Below, one piece after another: positions 53,553 to 63,652 of a DNA stretch of 64,000 bases. Source of the stretch: an uncultured Christensenella sp. (GTDB lineage: Bacteria; Bacillota; Clostridia; Christensenellales; UBA3700); the NCBI GenBank assembly GCA_910579785.1, contig CAJTVJ010000001.1:40732-104731 (forward strand), read 5' to 3'. The notes under the pieces were generated by a model, which saw only the letters and a program-made list of their open reading frames with translations, did no database searches and had not been told where the DNA came from. Positions within the stretch are counted from its first letter, which is position 1. Each line of letters begins with the position of its first letter. The position numbers and the translations under genes are program-made.

Positions 53553-56500
53553 ATGAAAAAACGTAACAAAATAACGCTACTGTGCATAATTTTGGTTTTG
53601 GTTGTTTTGGCTACGAGTGTTCTCATGGTGGGTTGCGACGACAAAAAAGAGAAAAAAGAAGCCGTGATCTCCGCCGACTCTCAGCAGACATTTGAATACG
53701 ACGGTCAAGTACATAACGTAGTTGCAACGCTAAACCACGAAGAAGCTCAGTTGACTTACTCGCCGGCTCAGGGATACAGCGAGGTGGGAGAATATGAAAT
53801 CACCGTATCTGCGCCTGAGACAAAAAATTATAAGGCAACGTCCAAAAAGATTACTTTGGAGATAACCAAACCAAGGGAAAAAAGCACTTCTCAGCTTTGG
53901 AAAGAATTCACAGAGGAATTAAAGAAGTCTTTTGCCGTTGAGGGAAAAGATAAGCTCAAAGTAAATATTCAAGCTATGGCAAGCGTTAAGAACGGGGGCA
54001 AGACCACCGATTACGCTTTGGACGTCATGGGCAATATTGATTTGAGTAATACTGTCAACAATTCTTCTCTTTTCCATATCGTACTTTCCGCAGACAGTAA
54101 TAATATCGGGATTTATTATCAAGACGGCGCAATGTATCTTGAAGTCGTCGATCAAGTTTTTAAGATAAAGAATAGCGACATAACAAAATTTATTGCAGGC
54201 AAGAACGTAAGTCTCACGGCTGACGACGAAGGCGGCAGCTCTATCATCGACGGCATACTTGCGATTTTGCCGATAGTTCTTTTTAGAGATAAACAAGATA
54301 TAAAGTGCACCGACGGAATTTATGAACTCACAGTTGACCTGCCGCACGTATGGAGCATTGTCAACAACGATTTGATAAGCGGATTTATAAAGGATATAAT
54401 ATCCAAAGAAAATATGGATATCATTGACAAATTCTTCGCTGCCAACGAAATGCAGTTTAAATTTGCAGTAGATTTGTCAAAAGAGAGCAATCCTTTGGCA
54501 AACGTGACGGTAGACAACGGCAAGGCATACCTCGGCGCATTTGAGATAGCAGGCGGCTCTTACGATTACGTCAGCGGCAAACTTGACGCAGATAAGATAC
54601 AGTCGGCAGAAGAGATAAATCTCGCCAATGCAGTAGTCAACGGCACTATCGAACTCGTTGACAGAACAGGCAAGACTTATGAGCATTTGTCATATAAGTT
54701 GGTTGCTGATTTGGACGTGTTCGCTCTTATCAGCGCAATCCAGGAAGATCCTGCAAATTGGATGAATAATGAAGAAGTAAAGAAATCAAAACTTTATTTC
54801 TCGTTATATCACGTTCACACACCGGGTGAAAACGGAGTTGTATGCACAGATTCTATGTGTCCGACGCGCGTTGGCGGAATGGAAGATACGACTTTGCTTG
54901 ATATAGCTTTTGACCCGACCAATTTCGGCAACGGCAAAATCTATTTGGCTGCAAATTTGAGCAGAATATTCTCGGACGCTTCGTTTAGCGCAACGCTCGG
55001 CAATATATTGTCATTAGCTTCAATGCTTGCCGGTACGGTCAAAGACGTAAAAACACAAAACTTCTTGACGTCTATTGATTTGGGCGTGCTTTTGGGAGCA
55101 ACGGCAGAAGAGCCGAGCGATCCCGAAGATCCTGGCGACGACGGATTTAAGTTTGATACTTCTATGATAAATCCTCTCGTATCAATTATCACTACATGCG
55201 TCAATTTGGAAGACGGCGCGCTCATTCTCGATGTTGAAGAGACCTATGCGCTTCTCAACAAAGCTTTTGACCTTGACAGCCTTCTCAGATTAGAGTTAGA
55301 TATCTTGGGTAGTATCAACGTAATAAATACTACGAGTTTTGCCAATGCCGTGATGAAAGGAATTTTAAGTCCTGACGGCGCGCAGAATACCGATGCGCAA
55401 TTTAATTCTTTGCGTATAAGCGTTGACAACTTCAAACTTGGAGAGGCAAGCAGCTTCAACTGCAAAGAAGCTATCACACATCTTCCTACAGATCCGACGG
55501 CAGCGCGTACTTACGGCGGAGGCAAGCCGCTTGCATTCACCGGCGCTAATCCTAAGGCAACGGGCAGAGTATTACAGACCAAAGAGTCTTTGGGCGATAT
55601 ATTCACCGCAGACGGCGGCATACACGTTGCGCTTGAAGACCTTGAAAGATTGATAGGCAAGAATATTGAGTATACATATACCGCTATTGACGGCAATACC
55701 TATACCGCTAAGTCGCAGGTTGTCGCTATCGAGGGACTTGATAAGACCAAGCTCAACCAAAAACAAACTGTAAAGGCAATCGTACTTCCTCTCGACGGAC
55801 AGGGCGGAATGCTCAGCGACGGCTTGTGGAAAGTGCTTAATGCAGTCTACGGTTTCTCATTGGTGGGCAACAATCTGCCTGCACATATCGCGCTTCCAAT
55901 CAGGGGCGACGTGATGGATATGGACATAACCATGACGGAGATTACTTCGACCGTTGAAGATTTGGTAATTACGACGCAATGTCCTGAATCGTTTGAGTTG
56001 GATCCGTATGAGTTTAATTCAGATGCAAAGATTGATTTGAGTCAATATATGCAAGCTCAGTTGACGGTAAGATATTCTGACGGATATTCTTACGTGACAG
56101 ACATTATGGCTATAAGCGACAACTTAATTGACGGTGTTTATCTTGTAAATGACGGCAGAGAGCATTCCTTTACTTTCTCGTACTACGGAATAGAGTTCAA
56201 TACGGTAAATATAGTCACGACTGATCCGACGGCAACGACGATATTTGAAAACGACAGGGCAATAAAAGTCGTTACTTACGGAGCTGAGCAAGGACTTAAA
56301 ATCAAAGCAGTCGTAAAAGACGGCAACAGAACGACGTCCAAAGTCATCGACCCAAGCAATTACAGATTGCTGCTCGACGGTAAGACTCTCGACGAGATTG
56401 AGTTGTCATCCGACGGCAAGCAGTTGTTTGAGTTCAAAGAAGTCAAGTTTGATTTCAAGAAAGATGCGCCTGCGGTCAGCAAAGCATACATATTCTTCTC

Positions 56501-57305
56501 GCTTGAAGGTAAGGACGGCAGCGAATTTGAATACAGCAACACTTATACCAAACTTGCGCAAGGCGCGGTATGGAGTTACGTATCTACCTCTGATAACCTC
56601 GGTTCTAGGCTCGACGGAAAACTTACTTACAACTATTGGTTGAAGAGCGACGACGAATATGCTCCTGTAAGAACTCTTACTTTGGTATATGAGGACGGCA
56701 AGTACTTTATGGTTGACGACGTTGAAAATCCGACGGTTAAAATAGAGGCAAAGCTTAACGCGAAGAACGGAACGGAAGTATTGACCTTGACGGAAGACGG
56801 CATGATTTCCCAAGAAGATATGATGAAGTTGCATTTCGATGCAGCTAACAAGGGCACAAAGTCGCCAAAAGCAAATATAAGCGCTGAATTCGTGGTTGAC
56901 GGAGATACTGTGACCACTGCCGACAGATCGGTGACGTTCAAAACGTTGTTGAATTTCACTTACGTAAAATCCGTATCAAATATATCGTCTGAAAAAACAT
57001 TTGACGATTTGGTCAAGTTTGAAGTCACGATAGGCGGCGTAAAGCACGAGATGAGACTAAAATACGTTGACGGCGGGTACGTGTTGCAAGATACGTATGC
57101 CGGCGACGAAAAGATTGCCGACATCGCAGTCACGGTCTTAGCAAACGTAGCGACGTCTACGGGTATAGGCGATGCGATAGAGTTGACAGACGGCATGCTT
57201 GCGGCTGAGCACGTAGGTAAAAAAGTTACGCTTACGTTCGAATTCAGCTATGCAGGTCTTGACTTCGCGGTTGCCAACAAGATCAGCAACAAGCCTGTGG
57301 TATAA
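53553..57305 (+). CDS. large lipoprotein of unknown function (paralog of 50363..53401)
   Basis: 1250 aa with lipobox LMVGC. It contains the block LDIAFDPTNFGNGKIYLAANLSRIF. Confidence 0.7.
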   Translation: MKKRNKITLLCIILVLVVLATSVLMVGCDDKKEKKEAVISADSQQTFEYDGQVHNVVATLNHEEAQLTYSPAQGYSEVGEYEITVSAPETKNYKATSKKITLEITKPREKSTSQLWKEFTEELKKSFAVEGKDKLKVNIQAMASVKNGGKTTDYALDVMGNIDLSNTVNNSSLFHIVLSADSNNIGIYYQDGAMYLEVVDQVFKIKNSDITKFIAGKNVSLTADDEGGSSIIDGILAILPIVLFRDKQDIKCTDGIYELTVDLPHVWSIVNNDLISGFIKDIISKENMDIIDKFFAANEMQFKFAVDLSKESNPLANVTVDNGKAYLGAFEIAGGSYDYVSGKLDADKIQSAEEINLANAVVNGTIELVDRTGKTYEHLSYKLVADLDVFALISAIQEDPANWMNNEEVKKSKLYFSLYHVHTPGENGVVCTDSMCPTRVGGMEDTTLLDIAFDPTNFGNGKIYLAANLSRIFSDASFSATLGNILSLASMLAGTVKDVKTQNFLTSIDLGVLLGATAEEPSDPEDPGDDGFKFDTSMINPLVSIITTCVNLEDGALILDVEETYALLNKAFDLDSLLRLELDILGSINVINTTSFANAVMKGILSPDGAQNTDAQFNSLRISVDNFKLGEASSFNCKEAITHLPTDPTAARTYGGGKPLAFTGANPKATGRVLQTKESLGDIFTADGGIHVALEDLERLIGKNIEYTYTAIDGNTYTAKSQVVAIEGLDKTKLNQKQTVKAIVLPLDGQGGMLSDGLWKVLNAVYGFSLVGNNLPAHIALPIRGDVMDMDITMTEITSTVEDLVITTQCPESFELDPYEFNSDAKIDLSQYMQAQLTVRYSDGYSYVTDIMAISDNLIDGVYLVNDGREHSFTFSYYGIEFNTVNIVTTDPTATTIFENDRAIKVVTYGAEQGLKIKAVVKDGNRTTSKVIDPSNYRLLLDGKTLDEIELSSDGKQLFEFKEVKFDFKKDAPAVSKAYIFFSLEGKDGSEFEYSNTYTKLAQGAVWSYVSTSDNLGSRLDGKLTYNYWLKSDDEYAPVRTLTLVYEDGKYFMVDDVENPTVKIEAKLNAKNGTEVLTLTEDGMISQEDMMKLHFDAANKGTKSPKANISAEFVVDGDTVTTADRSVTFKTLLNFTYVKSVSNISSEKTFDDLVKFEVTIGGVKHEMRLKYVDGGYVLQDTYAGDEKIADIAVTVLANVATSTGIGDAIELTDGMLAAEHVGKKVTLTFEFSYAGLDFAVANKISNKPVV

Positions 57306-57370
57306 CAACAAGCCAATTCCAATCTAAGCAATAGGACATCCCTCCCTATTTGCTTCCATTCCAATATCAG

Positions 57371-57407
57371 TGCGAGGTCTTTCGGACCTCGCATTGTTCT
57401 TTTTTTC
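57371..57407 (+). terminator. rho-independent terminator
   Basis: TGCGAGGTC-tttcg-GACCTCGCA followed by a T-run. Confidence 0.85.
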
Positions 57408-57581
57408 TCAAAAATCCTCTTATAAGTGTAAAAATAATTGTCAATACTGCAATAAAATTGGTATTTTTATCAAAAAAATTATACAAAAGCAAAAAACGCG
57501 TTCAAACTTATTGCATATTTAGTATTGCGAGTGTTATACTATCTTTGAATTTGTATGGCATCTTGCGAATTTGGAGGAACT

Positions 57582-59093
57582 ATGGAAGAAAATAACAACG
57601 GCGAATTGACATTCAAAATGATATGGCAAAGAATAAAAGAGAGCGGCGTAAGGATAATCGTCTACTGTCTTATCGCTGTCATCGTGATGGGCGGTATATT
57701 GGGCGTGTGCGATATCTTCGTCAGTCAAAGCCAATACGAGACCAACGTCACGTATTTTTATTCCGGAGTTGAGGACGGCAAAGACCCTTGGGGCGGCAGT
57801 ACTGACGTAATAAGCGACATCAAGTCGGTCAACAACGTCTCTTCCGCATTGCAAAGCTTAGAATACAGCGAGGAAGAAATTGACGCGCTTGTCGGACTTA
57901 TTATAAGAAATCTCAACATCATCGCGTCTACGCACAACGAGGTCACCGCAGAAGACGGTACTACGTTGAGCGCAAATTACAGTTTTAGAATAGTTCTTTC
58001 ACAAGACGCGCAGATAGACAGTCATCTCAAATCGCGCAACGATTACAACAATATAGTCAACGCGATTACTACTACGCATATCAATAATTTTAAGAGCAAA
58101 TATTCGATAGGTACGTCGCTTACCAAGCTTGAATCTGTCGACAGTTACAATTATTTTAAGAAGGTCAGCGCAATAGATTCTTATCTCAAACTGATGAAAG
58201 GCGAGATAAGTACTTGGCAAAAGACGGCTCCCGACTTTATTTCGACCAGCCAAAACATCAATTTCGCCACGCTGAACGCCCGTGTTGACGGAGCCGCGCT
58301 CAAATTGGAGAGTTATCTCAATCATATACTTTTCAACGGTATAGAAACCAACAACGAGAGTGAGTATATAGAGTTGAGATTGCAGTCGGCGACTGATTTG
58401 ATAACGATATATGACGAAGAGATAACCAAACAAAAAGAAGTGCTTGCGACTTTGATGCAAAATCCCGACACGACTGTATCTGGCGGCGGAACTATAATAG
58501 TCACTCCTCCTGACGAAAAGGTGTTGAAGGTCACTGTCGACGCTATTGCGGCTGCGATAGAAAACAAGAGAAACGCTCAGGAAGATAAAAATAAGTGGAC
58601 TAATTACAAGAACTATTTTGACGCAAGCGGTTTTAACAGCCTTCCCGAAGAGCAGAAGCAAAGTCTTATTGCTACCGCAAATTCGTTGGAGACGCTGGTG
58701 CTTGCAGAAGTAAATGCGGTCATCGACAGCTATAAGGCAATGATAGACGAGTATAATGCAGGTTACAACGTAAGCTCGCTTGTAAGAATGTCGTCCGTAC
58801 CTCAGCAGAGTATCAACTCGCCCATCACTATGAAGACGGGCGTTATCGTAGAGCTTGTGACGATAGTGCTTGCGACGATAGTTGCTATGTTTGTCACCAA
58901 CAAGAAGGGCAAACTTGTTCTCAAAAGAAAGAAGAAGATGGAAGAGCAGCCAGAACAAGCCGAGGTAGTTTTGATAGGCGACAAAAATGATGTGCCTCAG
59001 CAAGAAGCTCAACAGGAGATAGCTCTTACGCCTGAGATAGAGGGAAGAGTAGAAGAAGTCGGCGAGGACGCTGAGTCTTCTGACAAAGATTAA
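57582..59093 (+). CDS. bitopic membrane protein with Wzz/PCP-like topology (chain-length determinant candidate)
   Basis: 503 aa from the ATG at 57582 behind GGAGGA. TM near the N-terminus (IIVYCLIAVIVMGGILGV) and near the C-terminus (VIVELVTIVLATIVAMFV), with a long helical domain between. An O-antigen-ligase-like gene is adjacent. Confidence 0.45.
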   Translation: MEENNNGELTFKMIWQRIKESGVRIIVYCLIAVIVMGGILGVCDIFVSQSQYETNVTYFYSGVEDGKDPWGGSTDVISDIKSVNNVSSALQSLEYSEEEIDALVGLIIRNLNIIASTHNEVTAEDGTTLSANYSFRIVLSQDAQIDSHLKSRNDYNNIVNAITTTHINNFKSKYSIGTSLTKLESVDSYNYFKKVSAIDSYLKLMKGEISTWQKTAPDFISTSQNINFATLNARVDGAALKLESYLNHILFNGIETNNESEYIELRLQSATDLITIYDEEITKQKEVLATLMQNPDTTVSGGGTIIVTPPDEKVLKVTVDAIAAAIENKRNAQEDKNKWTNYKNYFDASGFNSLPEEQKQSLIATANSLETLVLAEVNAVIDSYKAMIDEYNAGYNVSSLVRMSSVPQQSINSPITMKTGVIVELVTIVLATIVAMFVTNKKGKLVLKRKKKMEEQPEQAEVVLIGDKNDVPQQEAQQEIALTPEIEGRVEEVGEDAESSDKD

Positions 59094-59111
59094 AATAATA
59101 TAATAAATTAC

Positions 59112-59145
59112 AAAACTCGACCTGACGGTCGAGTTTTGTTGTTTT
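59112..59145 (+). terminator. rho-independent terminator
   Basis: AAAACTCGACC-tgac-GGTCGAGTTTT followed by GTTGTTTT. Confidence 0.8.
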
Positions 59146-59198
59146 AAGAAGAGGGACGTTGAGTTGACAAAAGACGCGTCGGCTTTTATAATGATATT

Positions 59199-60635
59199 AT
59201 GGAAAATATGGACAATGCACAGTTGCTCGGAGAAAGACGTCATAGGCTGAGTTTGATAAAGAAGGGTATTGCTCACGCTCTTTTTATTGGGGTCGTGCTT
59301 GTCGTTTTGCAGGGTTTTTACAGTTTGTCATTGGTTGGCAAAATCACAAATTCAGTGGCAAATAAGTCGCATTTTATGTATTTTACGCAGATGTATCTCA
59401 AATTTTGCGTAATGATTTTGACGGGTCTTTTAGTCGCGTTTTATTGGATAAAAATATATATTGCCAAGGATGCGCGCTCTCTTGCGCCGCTTACTTTGTT
59501 GAAAAACAATTTGATTTTGATACCGTTTGCCTTTATGTTGATATGGGCTTTGATATCTACAATCAAATCTCCCTTTTTTGAAAAATCTCTCTACGGTGCG
59601 GGATATATCAACGAGGGATATTTTACAGTCCTGCAATATGGGATAATATTTCTCTCGGCATACGCGGTGCGTAATGAAGTCAAATTTTCCAAGCCTCTTT
59701 TGCTTTGGACTTTTATAGTATCCGCAGGCGTTATATGCATATGTTTTACTTTGATAGAGATAACGGGATATAAGATACCCACGGCTATCAAATGCGGAGT
59801 GTTCAACAATTCCAACCACTACGGGTATTTTTTGGCGATGTCGTGCACCGCGACGTTTGCCGCCGTCGTATTTTCTAAGTGCCGTTGGCAGTTGACGTTG
59901 GCGAGCATATTGCTGCCATTCAACGTATATGAATTATTTGTATGCAACACGCTGGGCGCCAACATTGCGTACATGTTCGGCATATTCTTTATAATATGCA
60001 GCGGCGCTGTCACTAAGAAACTTAGCTGGTGGAGATTGCTTATCGCGCTTGGCGTATCAGGCTTGATAACGCTGCTTATTGAGGTGTTCGGCAGGACGAA
60101 TATGTGGAGTTCTTACGTTGAGTTCTTCAAAGATATCAAGAGCGTATTCTCGTCGGGAGACGGCAGCGGCGGCGGAAGCGGCGGAGACAACAGCTCCGCA
60201 GGCACGGGAAGATTTGGGCTTTGGAAGAGGACGGTTGCCGTAATAAAGCAGGTGCCTTGGTTTGGCAAAGGACTTGATCTGTATCATGCCAACAATATAT
60301 ACGACACCACGTTGGACGTGGCTCACAACGAGTATTTGACTATGGCAAGCAATATCGGCATACCGGGGCTTTTGGCGTACGTTGCGACGATGATATGGTG
60401 GTTTGTCAGGGCTATAAGAATGAGAAAGTTGCTCAAAGGGGCTGATCTCGCGCTTATGGCGGCGGCGGTTGCCTATCTTGTGTCGGCTATGTTCGGCAAT
60501 TCCTTTACGTATACCTATCCATATTTCTTGGTTTTCTTTGCGCTCAGCATACAAAACTTTGTATGGAAAAAGCGCTCGGATAAGCAAATCAAAGACGCGG
60601 GCGATGTCGTTGACAACAGCAAGAGCAAAAGCTGA
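59199..60635 (+). CDS. O-antigen ligase/polymerase (Wzy_C) family membrane protein
   Basis: About 10-12 TM helices. Motif VAHNEYLTMASNIGIPGLLAYV. A Gly/Ser-rich loop is present. Confidence 0.7.
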   Translation: MENMDNAQLLGERRHRLSLIKKGIAHALFIGVVLVVLQGFYSLSLVGKITNSVANKSHFMYFTQMYLKFCVMILTGLLVAFYWIKIYIAKDARSLAPLTLLKNNLILIPFAFMLIWALISTIKSPFFEKSLYGAGYINEGYFTVLQYGIIFLSAYAVRNEVKFSKPLLLWTFIVSAGVICICFTLIEITGYKIPTAIKCGVFNNSNHYGYFLAMSCTATFAAVVFSKCRWQLTLASILLPFNVYELFVCNTLGANIAYMFGIFFIICSGAVTKKLSWWRLLIALGVSGLITLLIEVFGRTNMWSSYVEFFKDIKSVFSSGDGSGGGSGGDNSSAGTGRFGLWKRTVAVIKQVPWFGKGLDLYHANNIYDTTLDVAHNEYLTMASNIGIPGLLAYVATMIWWFVRAIRMRKLLKGADLALMAAAVAYLVSAMFGNSFTYTYPYFLVFFALSIQNFVWKKRSDKQIKDAGDVVDNSKSKS

Positions 60636-60797
60636 CTTACTAATTATCAAGGCTGACAGAATATGTTTTGACCGCCAAAGCGGCGGTGCGTCAACAAAAT
60701 TCAAAAACTTTTGAAAATCTAATTGCAATATGTCTAATATTATATTATAATTATACTTGCTATAATATGATTGACTCACAAAATAGGAGTTTTGGTA

Positions 60798-62336
60798 ATG
60801 AAAAAAATATCCGCGATTTTAATAATTTGCCTTGTGGTTTGTATGGGACTTGCTATTTTTGCAGGTTGCGAGACCAAATTCGGACCTATCGGCACGACAG
60901 AATATAAGGACAGCCCTGTGATCAACAACGGCGGTCTTGCCATTCGTCAAGGCAATTATCTCTATTACGTCAACGGTATGGACAGCACGTCCAACATCAC
61001 AAAGCCGGAGCACAATGCTTTTGGCAAGGCTTCCGTAAAGGGCAGCATAATGAAGAGCAAAATATGCGAGGACGGTACTCTCAGCGAGACTGCGGTCGTA
61101 GTGCCTAAGATGTTCTATACGTCGGCGACAGGCGGCGGCTTTTATATCTACGGCGAGTGGATATACTATCTCTCTCCAAACACCAAGACTGACAATAAGT
61201 CCAACGTATTGTCCAGCGAATCCGTCGTATTCCGTACCAAAATAGACGGCACTAAGACGCAAGAGATGATAACTTTGTCATCTAATTCGACGCAATACAC
61301 TTTTACGGATAAGGAATTTATTTATTTTGAAGGCAACGTCTTGAAGAAAGTGACTTACACTGACACCAAGGTCAATACTAAGTCCGAGACTATCGCAGAA
61401 GACGTGACGTCTGCATTGTTTACTGCTAAGACCAACGTCGTTTTCTTCTTGAAGAATACAGATTCTAAGGTACGCGTCAACAATAACATGTATGCTTACG
61501 TAGGCGGCGAGATAAAACAACTTACGACTGATACGACATATGACGTTGAAGGCGACGCAAGCGCAGACAACCTCAAAAGACAGTATACTTTTGCATTGAT
61601 ATCCTACGACCCGATAGAAAATACGCTTTTCTATTCCAAGGTAATCAACTCTTCCGACGCTTCTAAGGCGACTTCGACGTACGCATATAAATTCGACGAG
61701 ACTTTTGCCTTTGATAAGAACAAAGAAGTGAGATATGCAATTACAGCGCTCTCCGCTTCTACTATACGCAATATTGGCGGCGGTAAGGGTATACTCGACT
61801 ATTCGGCTGCTCAACTTAAAGTATACAGCCCGATTTCGGAGACCGCCAATAAAAACGAGACTAAGGACGGCGCAACGCTTTCAGCAACGGGCGCGACAAT
61901 CGTAACTATCGAAGGCGATTATATGTATTACGTAATAAGCAACGTACTTTACAGAATTGAGTATATGAACAAGGACGCGGTAGTGCAGAAGCTCAGCGAC
62001 GACGCAATCAACACTTCGTGGCTCACGCTTTCGGTAATAGATAATTATCTTTACTATATCGACAACACTTACAACTACATGTACAGAGTTGATCTCAAAG
62101 CTTTCGTCGGCGACGACAACAACTTTGTGCTTGCAAAGGGCGAAATCGTCAGCGGTACTCGCAAGGCTACCATTGAGCAGGTCAAGGACGGAGACGAGAC
62201 CAAATATAAGTTCACTTACGTTGCAGACGATGCCAACGAAGAAGGCGTCAAGTATTATCAAGTTCCTAAGTTTATGACAGAAGACGACTTGCAGAAATTT
62301 GCCGAGGCAAATTACGAAGAGGAAGAAGATAAATAA
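60798..62336 (+). CDS. lipoprotein with DUF5050-like beta-propeller repeats
   Basis: Lipobox IFAGC. Recurrent Y.YY(V/I) blades: NYLYYVNG, EWIYYLS, DYMYYVISNVLYRIE, NYLYYIDNTYNYMYRVD. Confidence 0.5.
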   Translation: MKKISAILIICLVVCMGLAIFAGCETKFGPIGTTEYKDSPVINNGGLAIRQGNYLYYVNGMDSTSNITKPEHNAFGKASVKGSIMKSKICEDGTLSETAVVVPKMFYTSATGGGFYIYGEWIYYLSPNTKTDNKSNVLSSESVVFRTKIDGTKTQEMITLSSNSTQYTFTDKEFIYFEGNVLKKVTYTDTKVNTKSETIAEDVTSALFTAKTNVVFFLKNTDSKVRVNNNMYAYVGGEIKQLTTDTTYDVEGDASADNLKRQYTFALISYDPIENTLFYSKVINSSDASKATSTYAYKFDETFAFDKNKEVRYAITALSASTIRNIGGGKGILDYSAAQLKVYSPISETANKNETKDGATLSATGATIVTIEGDYMYYVISNVLYRIEYMNKDAVVQKLSDDAINTSWLTLSVIDNYLYYIDNTYNYMYRVDLKAFVGDDNNFVLAKGEIVSGTRKATIEQVKDGDETKYKFTYVADDANEEGVKYYQVPKFMTEDDLQKFAEANYEEEEDK

Positions 62337-62355
62337 ATCTACACGATAAAAATCG

Positions 62356-62383
62356 GCGACAGTCTTATGGGCTGTCGCTTTTT
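62356..62383 (+). terminator. rho-independent terminator
   Basis: GCGACAG ... CTGTCGC followed by TTTTT. Confidence 0.7.
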
Positions 62384-62459
62384 CTATGCAAGTATTACCA
62401 CAAGGTTGGGTGCAGAGATGCGGCAAAACGTAACTGTAAAAAGCAAAATCAGCAACAAA

Positions 62460-62495
62460 AATATCCGCCTGCTGAAAGTTCATCGGGCGGATATT
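62460..62495 (-). terminator. rho-independent terminator of the SIS-domain gene
   Basis: AATATCCGCC / GGCGGATATT is a 10-bp stem. On the minus strand it is followed by TTTTGTTG. Confidence 0.7.
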
Positions 62496-62517
62496 AGGTA
62501 TTAGCTATCGTTGCGAA

Positions 62518-63549
62518 TTATAGCGTTATCGTCACCTTGTTGAGGTTTCTCGGCGTATCTACGTTGAGTCCCTTTGCAAGTCCCGTATTGAGAGCCAAAA
62601 GGCTTACTGCGACGCCGTAGAGCATAGGAGCTTCAAGTATATCTGCATCAGGCATTGCGACGGCATTCTTGGCATTTTCAAGCACCTGAGGGATGTTGCT
62701 GAATGCAGTCAGTGTAGCTCCAAGTCCGTTGATTCGTTTTGCCATAGAGATAAACTCGTCGTCAAAGTTGCCTTTGGGCGCAAGCATAATGACGTTTGCG
62801 TTTTCGTCAAGAAGCGAAAGCGGACCGTGCATAAAGTTGGCGGACGAATAAGAGCGGTTGAAGAGATAACAGCATTCTGTCAACTTCAAAGCGCATTCGT
62901 CGCCCGTGCCTAGCATTGTTCCGCGCGAGAGTACGATAAAGTTGTTGCGCTTGTGTATTGCGCTTGCAATGTCTGCTATCTTACCGTTGAGCGCAAGTAT
63001 TTCCTGTATTCTGTCTGCCAAGCTGTCATAGCTTGCTGAGAAGTCGCCTTTGAGCGCGTCTGTGAGCATATAGAGCGCAAAGAGCTCTCCTATATAGGTC
63101 TTCGTCGCCGCCACGCTCTTTTCTTCTTCTACGTCCATAAAGAGGTGAAAATCACAGTTCTTTGCCACTGGGCTTTGAGCGTTGTTGGTCACGGCGATAG
63201 TCATTGCGCCGTTCTTGATTGCCTTTTCCATCACCGCTACGGTGTCTTTTGACATACCGCTTTGCGAGATTATCACCATACAGGTATTTTTCATATCGAC
63301 GTCGCAGTCGTATACTGTCGTCAGCGACGGATGGTATTTTCCCACTTTGATACCCGTGACCATAGGGCATACAAATGAAAATACAGTTGCGGCGTTGTCG
63401 GAAGTTCCGCGCGCCATAGTCACTATGTTGGTTATGCCTTTTTCTTTAAAAGCCTTGTTGATTGCCGGCAAGATAGGTTTGCATGCAGCGATAGTGCGCT
63501 TCATCATAGAAGGCTCGCTGAAAATTTCTTGTTGCATTAGAGTCGTCAT
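62518..63549 (-). CDS. SIS-domain sugar-phosphate isomerase/deaminase (GlmS C-terminal / AgaS-like)
   Basis: 343 aa. The N-terminus M.QEIFSEP is followed by two SIS modules (ARGTSDNAA, IISQSGMSKDTV). Confidence 0.7.
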   Translation of the reverse strand: MTTLMQQEIFSEPSMMKRTIAACKPILPAINKAFKEKGITNIVTMARGTSDNAATVFSFVCPMVTGIKVGKYHPSLTTVYDCDVDMKNTCMVIISQSGMSKDTVAVMEKAIKNGAMTIAVTNNAQSPVAKNCDFHLFMDVEEEKSVAATKTYIGELFALYMLTDALKGDFSASYDSLADRIQEILALNGKIADIASAIHKRNNFIVLSRGTMLGTGDECALKLTECCYLFNRSYSSANFMHGPLSLLDENANVIMLAPKGNFDDEFISMAKRINGLGATLTAFSNIPQVLENAKNAVAMPDADILEAPMLYGVAVSLLALNTGLAKGLNVDTPRNLNKVTITL

Positions 63550-63652
63550 TATTCACCTCTTGACTTAGTTTGTTTTTATATATGTTTATATTGTACCATA
63601 TATTTATGTTTTAGGCAATATTATTATTCACAATATTACGCCGTATGAGGCG

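Noticed and set aside
57999-59276. 425-aa minus-strand ORF, the longest antisense ORF in the window
   Set aside because: It lies entirely antisense to the 57582-59093 plus-strand gene, which has an RBS, sensible TM topology and a terminator. The antisense product has a skewed L/R/Y/F/S composition and no start context.
60057-60779. 240-aa minus-strand ORF overlapping the O-antigen-ligase-like gene
   Set aside because: It is antisense to a gene with clear multi-TM architecture and the HNEYL motif. The product is Arg/Pro/Ser-rich and has no RBS.
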